This document shows positions 9,641 to 18,876 of a DNA stretch of 64,000 nucleotides, piece by piece. Below the pieces are notes generated by a model, which did not search any database, was not told where the DNA came from, and saw nothing but the letters and a program-made list of their open reading frames with translations. This stretch comes from an uncultured Chitinophagales bacterium (lineage in GTDB: Bacteria; Bacteroidota; Bacteroidia; Chitinophagales; S012-47). How positions within the stretch are numbered: position 1 is the first letter of the stretch; each line of letters opens with the position of its first letter. Location: contig CAYPSW010000004.1 of NCBI GenBank assembly GCA_964413685.1, forward strand, positions 65,846 to 129,845, given 5' to 3'. A program made the position numbers and the translations under genes.

Positions 9641-12583
9641 TTACTGAATAACAAATGCTTTATTGATTATTTTTTCATTGCATACAATTCTCAACCAATA
9701 ATGGCCCGATGACATACCCATGAGTGGAATCATAATCCGGTTCTGCAAACCATCTTCCTGCCTGCTGAAGGTTTCCCTTCCTAGTTCATCAATGACAGAT
9801 ATCGTACACTGTTGCGTTGGTAAATCAGCAAAATGAACAATCAGCCTATCGTATGCGGGATTCGGGTAAATCTCGATTCCGGATTCCAGTGTATTGATAC
9901 CAATGTTGATATCTGCTGCTTCATCATACAAATACAAATCATCTACTCCTGCTTCAACAATGCTCCCACCATCAAAAGGAAGGCCGGTTATCAAACTATC
10001 AGAAGCCACAAACCTAAAACTAACAGTGGAGCTCGGTGTTACATAGTCTGACACCCGGATGGCATGTTTACGCCATCTGACATCAGAGCGGTCAGTTCTT
10101 TCAACTTTTACCCAGGTGGAGCCATCATTTGATATGAATACTTTCCATGTATCGTTTCCGGGATTGGCACCACTAGCAGGATCGTTGATATACCATCGCC
10201 AGTATGAAAAGGCGGGGATAGTATACTCACTCAAATCAAACTCTGGAGATTGTAGTGTTGTATGGCCATCATCTACATCATTGGTTCCCATGGAAGCGCC
10301 AAAAGTTGAATTTCCTGTGACGGCACATATATTCAGGTTAGCACCCTCTGATGTGTGATCGGTTCCTGTTTGAACAATATTTTGAAAAAATAGATCAGAA
10401 TAAGTTGCTGTAGGAGAATTTATATCCCATTGTCCTGTTGATGCGTCATCAGTTCCATCAGGGTCAACTATCCAATTGCCGAAATTATTATCATAATCTT
10501 CCTTTTCCTTTACTTCAAACCCAATCAATACCTGAAAGGGAATATTCGGATCGGCATCATTGGCCAGGAAAGGTTCGATGACAGCTGAATTTCCGAAAAT
10601 ATCGTTCACTGTGAAGTAATAATCTACAATAGTCCCCTTTGCCTGAGCAGGAATGCTGGCAGTATAGTTCGTTCCTGTTGTGTGCACCAAAGCCGTGGCA
10701 ACCCATTGGCTATCCTGATGAACCCGATAATGCAAATCCGCATCACCGAGATAAATAGGTAGATCCACAATCAGGGTAGCATCAATGGATATAGGAACAT
10801 TTGCAGGCTCCACCAACAGTTCCTGATGGATAAGTGTTGAATTCGTAATTAAAGTTATGCCGTGTTTTGCAAAAGCCTGAATGATGGCTGTATCATGAGG
10901 TGTGCCGTTTGTAAGATCAGCATCAACATCATCTGCCTGCAGGCAACTGATCAAAACATCTCGGTAAAGCAGTCCTTCCATACCACTGGCTTGCATATCA
11001 GTAGCCAGCAGGGTTTTTGCAAACAGTGAAGACATGGTTGGCATATCATTACCCAGGTTCACGTACAAATCCCACCAGGCACCGGCTATAATTTCTCCAT
11101 CGGCATGCACCTCACCTACTAAATCTTGAGGATACACTTTAGGATCCATATCATAGCGTCTCACATAAGTTGAAGCTCCGCCAGAAAAGCCCAGTCCTAA
11201 AATGGGATTCTGCGTAATCATGAATCCCCAGATATCAGAGTAGCCTTCACCAAGAGCTCCATTTTGAAAACTCGAACCCAGATAATCATAATAATGACTG
11301 CTAATTCCATGTCCGTATTCATGATAAACTACATCATTAAAAAGTGCTGTTGAGGGACAACCCCCTCCGGCTGCATAGAAATTGACATCACCATTATAAA
11401 AGGCATTGCAACTGCCCGAAGTAATTCCAACAATAGTATGCATTGGTGTGTCTAATTCTGTGAATCCGCTTTGGAGCAGCGTTTTCATAAAATCGTGAAC
11501 CGTACTTACATGGGAATAGGCTGAAATGGCTGCAGTATCTGCATAGGGATCAAAATCCTGTAAATTAGAACCCGCCTGTAAGGTTGTATTGTATGATGGC
11601 GAAGTAGTGGCCGGATCAACCATGGCCATGCTCCATCTCCCTGCCAGGGTAAAAGTGGCTGGAATAGGTGCGTTGAAATTATTTGCCAGATGACCTGAAG
11701 CATCCGCATAATAATTGCCACCATTTACGGTCATTTTTATATAGGGCAAACGGGTAACTGTGCCAGCCTGCAAAGGATTGCTCACTACCGTTCCTTCAAC
11801 ATCGGCTGAAACCGGTACGGGAGGATGAAAAGTATAAATTGTGTTTTGGCGGTAAAGAACCACTCCTGATTGCGCATCAACCAGCGTATAGTATTTGCCG
11901 GGCACGCCATCAGGATTATCCGATTCGAGCCAAACAATATAGACCAGATGATATTCGTAGCCTTTATCTAAAACCGGAACCGGTAATATAGCCAGTTGAG
12001 ATTCGGTACTGAAAGAGCTTACAGCAAAGGGCAGATTGGCAGATGCCATTAATCCGGCTGCATGAGCATCGATTGACGGAATGTTGTTAATATTAATATC
12101 TCTGTATAGGTTCAATCGAAATGAAACCACATCAGACTGTATATTCATCACAACCTGAGCATTGCTGAAAAGAACCTTTAGTCCCTGATGGATCTGGCTG
12201 AAATTCACATATCGCAACTGATCAGAAGTATTGATTTTACCTTTTATCAATTCATTGACCGGTAATTGAAATGCCGACAGTTTATCAGACATAAATTGAA
12301 TGGATGCCTGGCCCGGATCACTATTGTTCATATCAATCGGCTGGCCAAATGCCCGGTGAGGTAATTGGCTGAATTCATCAAAGGTGGCCGACCAATTGCC
12401 GTTTTGGCTCACAAAATTTACCCAGGATTCCTGATTCCTCAGGCTGTATTGAGCAAAGGGATGCAAGCGTGCGGTATGCTCGTTTACATAAGTCACATTT
12501 CCTTCGTCAGCGGTAAATAAATCAGCTGCAAAAAATGGCAGCGAAAAGGTGCCAATTAGGCATACAATGATAAGTTTTTTCAT
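9641..12583 (-). CDS. secreted zinc metalloprotease (HExxH; M36/M4-like) with a T9SS type-A C-terminal sorting domain
   Basis: 980 aa. It has a signal peptide, then VVYHEYGHGISSHYY...GALGEGYSDIWG (an HExxH plus E-G-x-S-D third-ligand-type motif). The C-terminus IEIYPNPAYDRLIVHF...GHYWLRIV...AFVIQ fits the T9SS CTD pattern. Confidence 0.8.
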   Translation of the reverse strand: MKKLIIVCLIGTFSLPFFAADLFTADEGNVTYVNEHTARLHPFAQYSLRNQESWVNFVSQNGNWSATFDEFSQLPHRAFGQPIDMNNSDPGQASIQFMSDKLSAFQLPVNELIKGKINTSDQLRYVNFSQIHQGLKVLFSNAQVVMNIQSDVVSFRLNLYRDININNIPSIDAHAAGLMASANLPFAVSSFSTESQLAILPVPVLDKGYEYHLVYIVWLESDNPDGVPGKYYTLVDAQSGVVLYRQNTIYTFHPPVPVSADVEGTVVSNPLQAGTVTRLPYIKMTVNGGNYYADASGHLANNFNAPIPATFTLAGRWSMAMVDPATTSPSYNTTLQAGSNLQDFDPYADTAAISAYSHVSTVHDFMKTLLQSGFTELDTPMHTIVGITSGSCNAFYNGDVNFYAAGGGCPSTALFNDVVYHEYGHGISSHYYDYLGSSFQNGALGEGYSDIWGFMITQNPILGLGFSGGASTYVRRYDMDPKVYPQDLVGEVHADGEIIAGAWWDLYVNLGNDMPTMSSLFAKTLLATDMQASGMEGLLYRDVLISCLQADDVDADLTNGTPHDTAIIQAFAKHGITLITNSTLIHQELLVEPANVPISIDATLIVDLPIYLGDADLHYRVHQDSQWVATALVHTTGTNYTASIPAQAKGTIVDYYFTVNDIFGNSAVIEPFLANDADPNIPFQVLIGFEVKEKEDYDNNFGNWIVDPDGTDDASTGQWDINSPTATYSDLFFQNIVQTGTDHTSEGANLNICAVTGNSTFGASMGTNDVDDGHTTLQSPEFDLSEYTIPAFSYWRWYINDPASGANPGNDTWKVFISNDGSTWVKVERTDRSDVRWRKHAIRVSDYVTPSSTVSFRFVASDSLITGLPFDGGSIVEAGVDDLYLYDEAADINIGINTLESGIEIYPNPAYDRLIVHFADLPTQQCTISVIDELGRETFSRQEDGLQNRIMIPLMGMSSGHYWLRIVCNEKIINKAFVIQ

Positions 12584-12637
12584 TTCAATGAGTTTTATCC
12601 GGTATAAAACTATGAAAAGACTGCTTATCAGCAGAAT

Positions 12638-13402
12638 TCAGATTGTCACAATTAAGCCATCATAAGCAAGATGGACTCCTTGAGGTAGCTCTTTTTCAAT
12701 CATTTCGTGCACTTCTAACTGATGGCTCATGTGGGTAAGAAAGGCCTGTTCCGGATTTAATATTTCGATAATATCCAGTGCTTCCTGCAAAGTAAAATGA
12801 GAAATATGCGCTTTCCTCCGCAAAGCGTTTAAAACTACGACCCGACTTCCTTCCATTTTTTTCATTTCCTCAGGGGCTATTTTATTGGCATCGGTGATGT
12901 AGGTGAAATCACCTATTCTGAAGCCCAGAACCGGCAATTTATAGTGCATCACTCCGATGGGCTGAAAGGGGATATCGCCAATTTGAAAAGGATGATCCTT
13001 GTCTATCGTTATAAAGTGGATTTTCGGCAAGCCCGGATACTTCATTTTCTGAAAAATATAGGGAAATGTCTGCCTGATCGATTCCTGCACCTGCAGTGTT
13101 GCATATAAGGGAATGGAAGCCTGCTGAATCCAGTTCAGCGAGCGGATATCATCGAGGCCGGCTATATGATCTCGATGCTCGTGGGTATAGACTATAGCGT
13201 CAATCCTTTTAACCTTTTCACGAAGTAGCTGATAACGGAAATCAGGCCCGGTATCAATGATGACACGGGTGTTTTCAGATGCTACCATTAAAGAAGCGCG
13301 AAGCCTTTTGTCCCGGGCATCATCCGATTGGCAAACCGAACAGGAGCAAGCTACTACCGGTATGCCCTGTGAAGTGCCCGTGCCAAGGAAAGTAAATTTC
13401 AA
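12638..13402 (-). CDS. MBL-fold metallo-hydrolase (PhnP/GPMB-like)
   Basis: 254 aa with a TTG start (13402-13400) in a TTGA overlap with the upstream gene. (L/M)KFTFLGTGTSQGIP and the HxHxDH motif (YTHEHRDHIAG). Confidence 0.85.
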   Translation of the reverse strand: MKFTFLGTGTSQGIPVVACSCSVCQSDDARDKRLRASLMVASENTRVIIDTGPDFRYQLLREKVKRIDAIVYTHEHRDHIAGLDDIRSLNWIQQASIPLYATLQVQESIRQTFPYIFQKMKYPGLPKIHFITIDKDHPFQIGDIPFQPIGVMHYKLPVLGFRIGDFTYITDANKIAPEEMKKMEGSRVVVLNALRRKAHISHFTLQEALDIIEILNPEQAFLTHMSHQLEVHEMIEKELPQGVHLAYDGLIVTI

Positions 13403-13674
13403 GAGGCCGATTTTTGAGTCATGACACTTTCTAGCAATACTTTTTCCTTTTCATCAAGCTTTTGTGTGCCCTGATTCAACTCAGGAATCAATTCGAGCAG
13501 GCTGTTGATACGCGATTCGAGACTATAGAATTTATTTACAACCACCACTTTTTTCTCTTGCAAAACACAATAGCCCGGTTTGAAACTTCCCCGCTCATAT
13601 CGAAGATAATAACCCAGATGTTTCACCAAGGTTTCGAGTTTGCCTAAGGTTGATTTCGAGTATTTAAAAGCCAT
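13399..13674 (-). CDS. small conserved hypothetical protein
   Basis: 91-aa ORF with an ATG start, in a 4-nt overlap with the downstream MBL gene. No motif recognised. Confidence 0.6.
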   Translation of the reverse strand: MAFKYSKSTLGKLETLVKHLGYYLRYERGSFKPGYCVLQEKKVVVVNKFYSLESRINSLLELIPELNQGTQKLDEKEKVLLESVMTQKSAS

Positions 13675-13734
13675 GAAATGGTAAATTTACGGGCTAGCTT
13701 AGATGATTCGCAGTAAAATTATCAACTTTGAGCG

Positions 13735-14325
13735 ATGAAGTACCGGATTTTTATAATCATTTTAATGGAAACTCTTTCTTTGCCTGCGCAACGCTTCGAT
13801 GCTTCTGTTCTGGCCGGTTTCAATATGTCGCAGATTGATGGCGATAATCTGGCAGGCTATAATAAGCTGGGAGTGAATGCCGGTCTGGGGGTGGATACCC
13901 GTATCAACGATTATTTTGGCCTAGGACTGGAACTTTTGTATGTTCAAAAAGGCAGCCGCAGTAGTAGTTCGCAAATGGCAGCGGGTCAATCGGTGAAACT
14001 CTCAACTACCTATGCTGAAATCCCTGTTTTGTTTCGATATCACGATAAAAATGGAGCCATCTTTGGTCTGGGCCTCAGCTATAGTGCACTGCTGGGATTT
14101 ACGCAATGGGAAAACGGCAGTCAAGTAGCCCCTGTTGACAGTCTTCTGGGTAAAAACGATATTCAGAGTCTGGCCGAGTTCAGCTTCCACATTAAAAAAC
14201 ACTGGGCTGCCAGCGCCCGTATCGGCTATTCTTTTTTGCCCATAGCCCATTGGTCATCGAGCCGCTTTCGTCATAATGCGGTTTTTAATAACAATATCAC
14301 TTTTCGACTAATTTACTTTTTGTAA
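13735..14325 (+). CDS. outer-membrane beta-barrel (porin-family/OmpW-like) protein
   Basis: 196 aa with a signal peptide. It shows an alternating hydrophobic beta-strand pattern and a C-terminal aromatic residue (..ITFRLIYFL). Confidence 0.65.
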   Translation: MKYRIFIIILMETLSLPAQRFDASVLAGFNMSQIDGDNLAGYNKLGVNAGLGVDTRINDYFGLGLELLYVQKGSRSSSSQMAAGQSVKLSTTYAEIPVLFRYHDKNGAIFGLGLSYSALLGFTQWENGSQVAPVDSLLGKNDIQSLAEFSFHIKKHWAASARIGYSFLPIAHWSSSRFRHNAVFNNNITFRLIYFL

Positions 14326-14638
14326 TATTCAACGATAATACGCTTGAATTAATCATGGACCGGGTTTCATCTCAGCCGATTTAATTCAAATGAATTGATA
14401 TTGATTTATTGTCTTTACATGCAGCTCAACCGGCCCATTTCTGTTGTCTGCATCACGGATTTTGACTAGCACCTGTGGGATGCTGATAGCTTCAGTCTAT
14501 GTTAGCACGTCATTCTGAGGAAAGCGTCAGGCTTTGTGTGGTGCTCCGAAGAGTCTCATGGCATGTAGTAGGGGGCAATTCTGTACTCTGTTCAAGAGGG
14601 GAACTAATAGGTGTGGATTGCACGAACAAAAAGCCTGA

Positions 14639-15463
14639 TTATTTGATGCCGAGAAAATCCTTCACTTGCTGGAAATAAGCATCCTTATTGGTTGACAGGT
14701 TTTGGCTGTTATCTTCTGAAGCAACCGTAAAGATTTTGCAGCCTTTTTTATGAATTTTTTGCAGGTTCTGGATATCAGATAAAGGGATAATCTGGTCGCT
14801 TGTGCTGGCAATTAGCAAAATGCCTTTTAGTTGAGCACCTCCGGATGCTAAACCAAACTCAGGTTCGATGTAATTTTTATCAAATCCCAGGGGGATCATG
14901 ATTTTCTCATTGTTCGCTTTCATCCAGTTATCCTGCACTTTGGTGAGGGTGGTATAAGGTCCGTCAGCAATCACATATTCCACCTCCGGACGGTTGGCTG
15001 CTACTGCAAGGCTGAGACCGGCACCGATACCTACGCCATACATATCAACCGAAAAGGAGGCTTTGTATTTGTGCACCCAATCGAGTGCCCCGGTAATGTC
15101 GCGGGCAAATTGTGAATAAAAATAAAAGCGGTTGCTGATATGAAATTCATCGCTGGTACCGTAGCCACGATAGTCATACATGAGCACATAGTAGCCCAGT
15201 GAAACGAAATTCGAAACATACTCGAGGTATTCCTGCATATTTCCTTCGCCCGAATGACTGAAGACGATACATTTTTTCGACTTTTCATCCATGGGTTTCA
15301 GCCACCAGCCGGTTAGATTTACATCATCTTCGGTCTTAATATGTACCTCCTGATATTCCATACCGAAATCTTCGGGTGTAAAATCATAACCACGCTGAGG
15401 ATTCAGAGATGATGCCATGATGCTTACTAATAGTGAGGTAGACAGCAGAATGATAGATTTCAT
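14639..15463 (-). CDS. secreted alpha/beta-hydrolase-fold protein, apparently lacking the Ser and His of the catalytic triad
   Basis: 274 aa with a signal peptide. It has the fold hallmarks FSHSGEGN (oxyanion region) and YDYRGYGTSDE. The nucleophile elbow reads GVGIG instead of GxSxG, and no His occurs in the expected C-terminal position. Confidence 0.7.
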   Translation of the reverse strand: MKSIILLSTSLLVSIMASSLNPQRGYDFTPEDFGMEYQEVHIKTEDDVNLTGWWLKPMDEKSKKCIVFSHSGEGNMQEYLEYVSNFVSLGYYVLMYDYRGYGTSDEFHISNRFYFYSQFARDITGALDWVHKYKASFSVDMYGVGIGAGLSLAVAANRPEVEYVIADGPYTTLTKVQDNWMKANNEKIMIPLGFDKNYIEPEFGLASGGAQLKGILLIASTSDQIIPLSDIQNLQKIHKKGCKIFTVASEDNSQNLSTNKDAYFQQVKDFLGIK

Positions 15464-15626
15464 GATTTTATCTTTTTACGTTTTAAAAGTAGAAAAAAAA
15501 TGATTCATCCTGTTGAAGTATGTCTTGTTCATCAAAAGCTACATTCACAATTATTATTGGAAAACCAATTGCCTTTCTGCGAGTGAAAGATTGAAGAATG
15601 GCGGTGCTATTCTTAATTTCGCAGGG

Positions 15627-16277
15627 ATGATTGAAGACAGCTACCAACATAAAGGTCTCAGACATAAATTAGTGAAGAAGCTGGGAAAGAAAGGCATCAG
15701 CAATAAGACAGTTCTGGACGCTATTGGAAAAGTACCGAGACATTTGTTTATGGATCAGGCCTTTTTGAAATTTGCTTATGAGGATAACGCTTTTCCGATA
15801 GATGAAGGTCAGACCATCAGTCAGCCCTATACGGTGGCTTATCAAACGCAATTACTCAATCCTCAATACGATGATCAGGTGCTCGAAATTGGTACCGGTT
15901 CAGGCTATCAGGCTTGCGTTCTGGCCAAAATTTGCCGGAAGGTTTACTCCATTGAGCGCTTTCATAAGCTGTATATCAAATCGAAAAATGCCCTTAAGAA
16001 TCTGGGATACAAAAACATTAAAACTTTTCATGGAGACGGTTATCAGGGTTTGCCGGCCTTTGCTCCCTACGATAAAATATTAGTGACAGCCGCAGCTACT
16101 TATGTCCCGCATGCCTTGAAAGAACAGTTAAAAATAGGTGGCTGTTTAGTGATTCCTGTCGGTAGCGATAGCGGACAAGTAATGCACAGAATCACAAAAC
16201 GGGAGGCTGATGATTATTTGGACGAAGCCTTTGATGCATTTAAATTCGTGCCTTTCCAACATGGTAAAGTGATGTAA
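15627..16277 (+). CDS. pcm: protein-L-isoaspartate O-methyltransferase
   Basis: The track ORF starts at 15513. The ATG at 15627 gives 216 aa, MIEDSYQHKGLRHKLV..., with TISQPYTVAYQTQLL and the SAM motif VLEIGTGSGYQA. Confidence 0.9.
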   Translation: MIEDSYQHKGLRHKLVKKLGKKGISNKTVLDAIGKVPRHLFMDQAFLKFAYEDNAFPIDEGQTISQPYTVAYQTQLLNPQYDDQVLEIGTGSGYQACVLAKICRKVYSIERFHKLYIKSKNALKNLGYKNIKTFHGDGYQGLPAFAPYDKILVTAAATYVPHALKEQLKIGGCLVIPVGSDSGQVMHRITKREADDYLDEAFDAFKFVPFQHGKVM

Positions 16278-16290
16278 AGTGCTTGTTATT

Positions 16291-16749
16291 TCAAGAGGAT
16301 TTATTCAGGCGATCGAGGTTCACTTTGTCCTCCCTTTCACGAATGCTTTGTCTTTTATCATACTGACGTTTTCCCCGGGCCACAGCAATCTCGAGTTTGG
16401 CCCAGCCTCTGTCGTTGATAAATAAATAGAGCGGAATAATCGTGAAACCTTTTTCCTTACTTTTTTTCTGCAGTTTACGAAGTTCCTTTTTCTTCAGCAG
16501 CAATTTTCGCTCGCGCAGTGGTTCATGATTATTGTAAGAGGCGAGTGGATACTCGGCAATATGAATGCCTTTAACCCAAAGCTCATCATTTCTGATATAA
16601 CAATACCCTTCGCCTATGCTAACTTTACCATCTCTGACCGATTTGATTTCAGTTCCGGTAAGTTGCATGCCGACCACCAGACGATCAATCAATTCGAAAT
16701 CGAAAAAAGCCCGTCTGTTCTTAATATGTATGTCTTTCTTTGCAGCCAT
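16291..16749 (-). CDS. smpB: SsrA-binding protein SmpB
   Basis: 152 aa. NRRAFFDFELIDRLVVGMQLTGTEIKSVR...LLLKKKELRKL...GWAKLEIAVARGKRQYDKR is canonical SmpB. Confidence 0.95.
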   Translation of the reverse strand: MAAKKDIHIKNRRAFFDFELIDRLVVGMQLTGTEIKSVRDGKVSIGEGYCYIRNDELWVKGIHIAEYPLASYNNHEPLRERKLLLKKKELRKLQKKSKEKGFTIIPLYLFINDRGWAKLEIAVARGKRQYDKRQSIREREDKVNLDRLNKSS

Positions 16750-16852
16750 GATTTATCAGGCTTCAAAATTAATGTTTTCTTTGTAGGAGCATTGTATTAT
16801 AGCTTAAGCTGCAAATGGTCTTGGTCTGTTAATGTGAACAAAATGATAGAGA

Positions 16853-17764
16853 TTGAAAAAAATCATTAAACAATTTATAAATCCGGTTCAACTTTTTCGT
16901 GCCTGGCGATATCATCGCCAAATGGCCCGTTATGATAAATCGCATTTTGATCTGGAACTGGCTTTTTATGCCAAAATTCTGAATAATGATATGTTACATT
17001 GGGGCTGGTTTAACAACCCTGATGTATTGGCATCTACCATTTCAATTGGTGAATTTGAGCAGGCTCAATGTCGTTATGCCGATGAGATTATAAAACGGAT
17101 TTCTGATCATGAGCACCCCATATTGGATGCAGGTTGTGGCATGGGTGGTCTGACCAATCTGCTTAGCCAAAGGGGTTTTGATGTTGAAGCATTAACACCC
17201 AACAATAATCAAATAGAGCATATCAAAAAGGTCTACATACAAATCCCGTATCATGCTTGCCGTTTAGAAGATTTGCAGTCAGAAAAGCAATATGGTACGC
17301 TTGTCAATGCTGAATCGCTACAATATATTAATCTGGACGATGCCTTTAAAAAGGCGAAAAAAATATTGTTGCCACAGGGGCGGTGGATTATCACAGATTA
17401 TTTCCGTTTGCATGATTCAGGACTAAATCAATCAGGCCATTTACTTTCAGATTTTAGGGAGCATCTTCGGGATGAAGACTGGGTTGTTTTAGAGGACATG
17501 GACATCACAGCCCGGGTTTTGCCTACTATCCGATTCATTAAAATGTATGCCGATCGTTTTCTGCTGCCATTATTTGTTTTAGGTAGCGAGAAATTGCATT
17601 ACAAGAAAGCATGGCTCTATTATCTGACTTCTGATGTACGAAAATCTGTTGCTAAAAAGATTGAGAAAGAACTGGCTTCGGTTGATCCTGAAGCATTTTT
17701 AGCCGAGAAACAATACCGATTATTTGTGCTAAAAAAAGAGATTAATAAAGGTCAGGTTTTATAA
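16853..17764 (+). CDS. class I SAM-dependent methyltransferase
   Basis: 303 aa with a TTG start per the track. SAM motif I is ILDAGCGMGGLT. The substrate is unknown. Confidence 0.7.
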   Translation: MKKIIKQFINPVQLFRAWRYHRQMARYDKSHFDLELAFYAKILNNDMLHWGWFNNPDVLASTISIGEFEQAQCRYADEIIKRISDHEHPILDAGCGMGGLTNLLSQRGFDVEALTPNNNQIEHIKKVYIQIPYHACRLEDLQSEKQYGTLVNAESLQYINLDDAFKKAKKILLPQGRWIITDYFRLHDSGLNQSGHLLSDFREHLRDEDWVVLEDMDITARVLPTIRFIKMYADRFLLPLFVLGSEKLHYKKAWLYYLTSDVRKSVAKKIEKELASVDPEAFLAEKQYRLFVLKKEINKGQVL

Positions 17765-17771
17765 TAAGCTT

Positions 17772-18359
17772 ATGAAAACAGAAACATTCAATTCAGAAAA
17801 TCAACCAATCTGTCCCTGGGCTCAGACTCATCCCTTACTGATTGATTATCACAACCATGAATGGGGTGTACCGCAGCATAACGGCTCAAAATTGCTTGAA
17901 GCTATTATTCTCGATGGATTTCAGGCCGGGCTTAGCTGGTTAACGATTCTTAAGAAAAGGGAAAATTTTCGGAAAGCATTTGATGGCTTTAATCCTGAAA
18001 TGATAGCCGGTTATGGGAATGACAAGGTGAATGCATTATTGCAGGATGCCGGTATCATTCGTAACAGACAGAAAATTACTAGCGCTATTCGCAATGCAAA
18101 GGCCTTTCTGGAAATCAGGAAAAATGCGGGTAGTTTTGACCAATATCTCTGGGCCTTCACAAAGCAGAAAACCATAAAAAACAAGTGGAAAGAAGAGGCT
18201 GAGATTCCAGCTAAAACCGAGCTATCTGACCTGATAAGTGCTGACCTTAAAAAGAATGGGTTCAGTTTTGTTGGCAGTACCATTTGCTATGCGATGATGC
18301 AAGCCATTGGCATCGTAAACGATCATTTAGTTACTTGTTACCGCTATCATGAAGTTTAG
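17772..18359 (+). CDS. tag: DNA-3-methyladenine glycosylase I
   Basis: 195 aa. CPWAQTHPLLIDYHNHEWGVP...FQAGLSWLTILKKRENFR...FVGSTICYAMMQAIG is a typical Tag. Confidence 0.92.
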   Translation: MKTETFNSENQPICPWAQTHPLLIDYHNHEWGVPQHNGSKLLEAIILDGFQAGLSWLTILKKRENFRKAFDGFNPEMIAGYGNDKVNALLQDAGIIRNRQKITSAIRNAKAFLEIRKNAGSFDQYLWAFTKQKTIKNKWKEEAEIPAKTELSDLISADLKKNGFSFVGSTICYAMMQAIGIVNDHLVTCYRYHEV

Positions 18360-18370
18360 ATAAGCGGAAA

Positions 18371-18745
18371 TCAGGCAGATTCATACTGATCGGTGGCCAG
18401 CAAAACCAGTGTACAATTCTCAACCGCATGTATACCTTTTTCTCGCACATACAATTCCATCGCTTCATTTTCGGCACCAGGGTTGAAGATGATCCTTTTC
18501 GGATTAAGCGATAGCAGATAAGCCATTACACCTGCTTGCTTGTCAGGATTCAGATAAAGACTGATAGTGTGTACATCGGCAATTTCAGGTTGACCAGTAA
18601 GGATTTTGATTCCGGCAATGCTTCCTTCTTTTATACCTATCGGAACGACCGGAAAACCGTGTTCTTTTAGTTTGTTCACCGCCTTATTCGAATAGCGGTT
18701 TGAATTTGCTGAAGCACCAAATACTACTGTTTTTAAAGCTTTCAT
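18371..18745 (-). CDS. CoA-binding domain protein (YccU/YneT-like)
   Basis: 124 aa. VVFGASANSNRYSNKAVNKLKEHGFPVVPIG fits the CoA-binding Rossmann pattern. Confidence 0.7.
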   Translation of the reverse strand: MKALKTVVFGASANSNRYSNKAVNKLKEHGFPVVPIGIKEGSIAGIKILTGQPEIADVHTISLYLNPDKQAGVMAYLLSLNPKRIIFNPGAENEAMELYVREKGIHAVENCTLVLLATDQYESA

Positions 18746-18876
18746 TTCTTTCAGTGGGTAGTTAACTGAAGTAGCAGTTTACGGAAATGGTAAATACAAG
18801 GTTTATATTTATATATGTTGAATTTATGCTGTTGTAAGTACTGATTAAACTTGACAAATCATAAACTTCGAGATTT

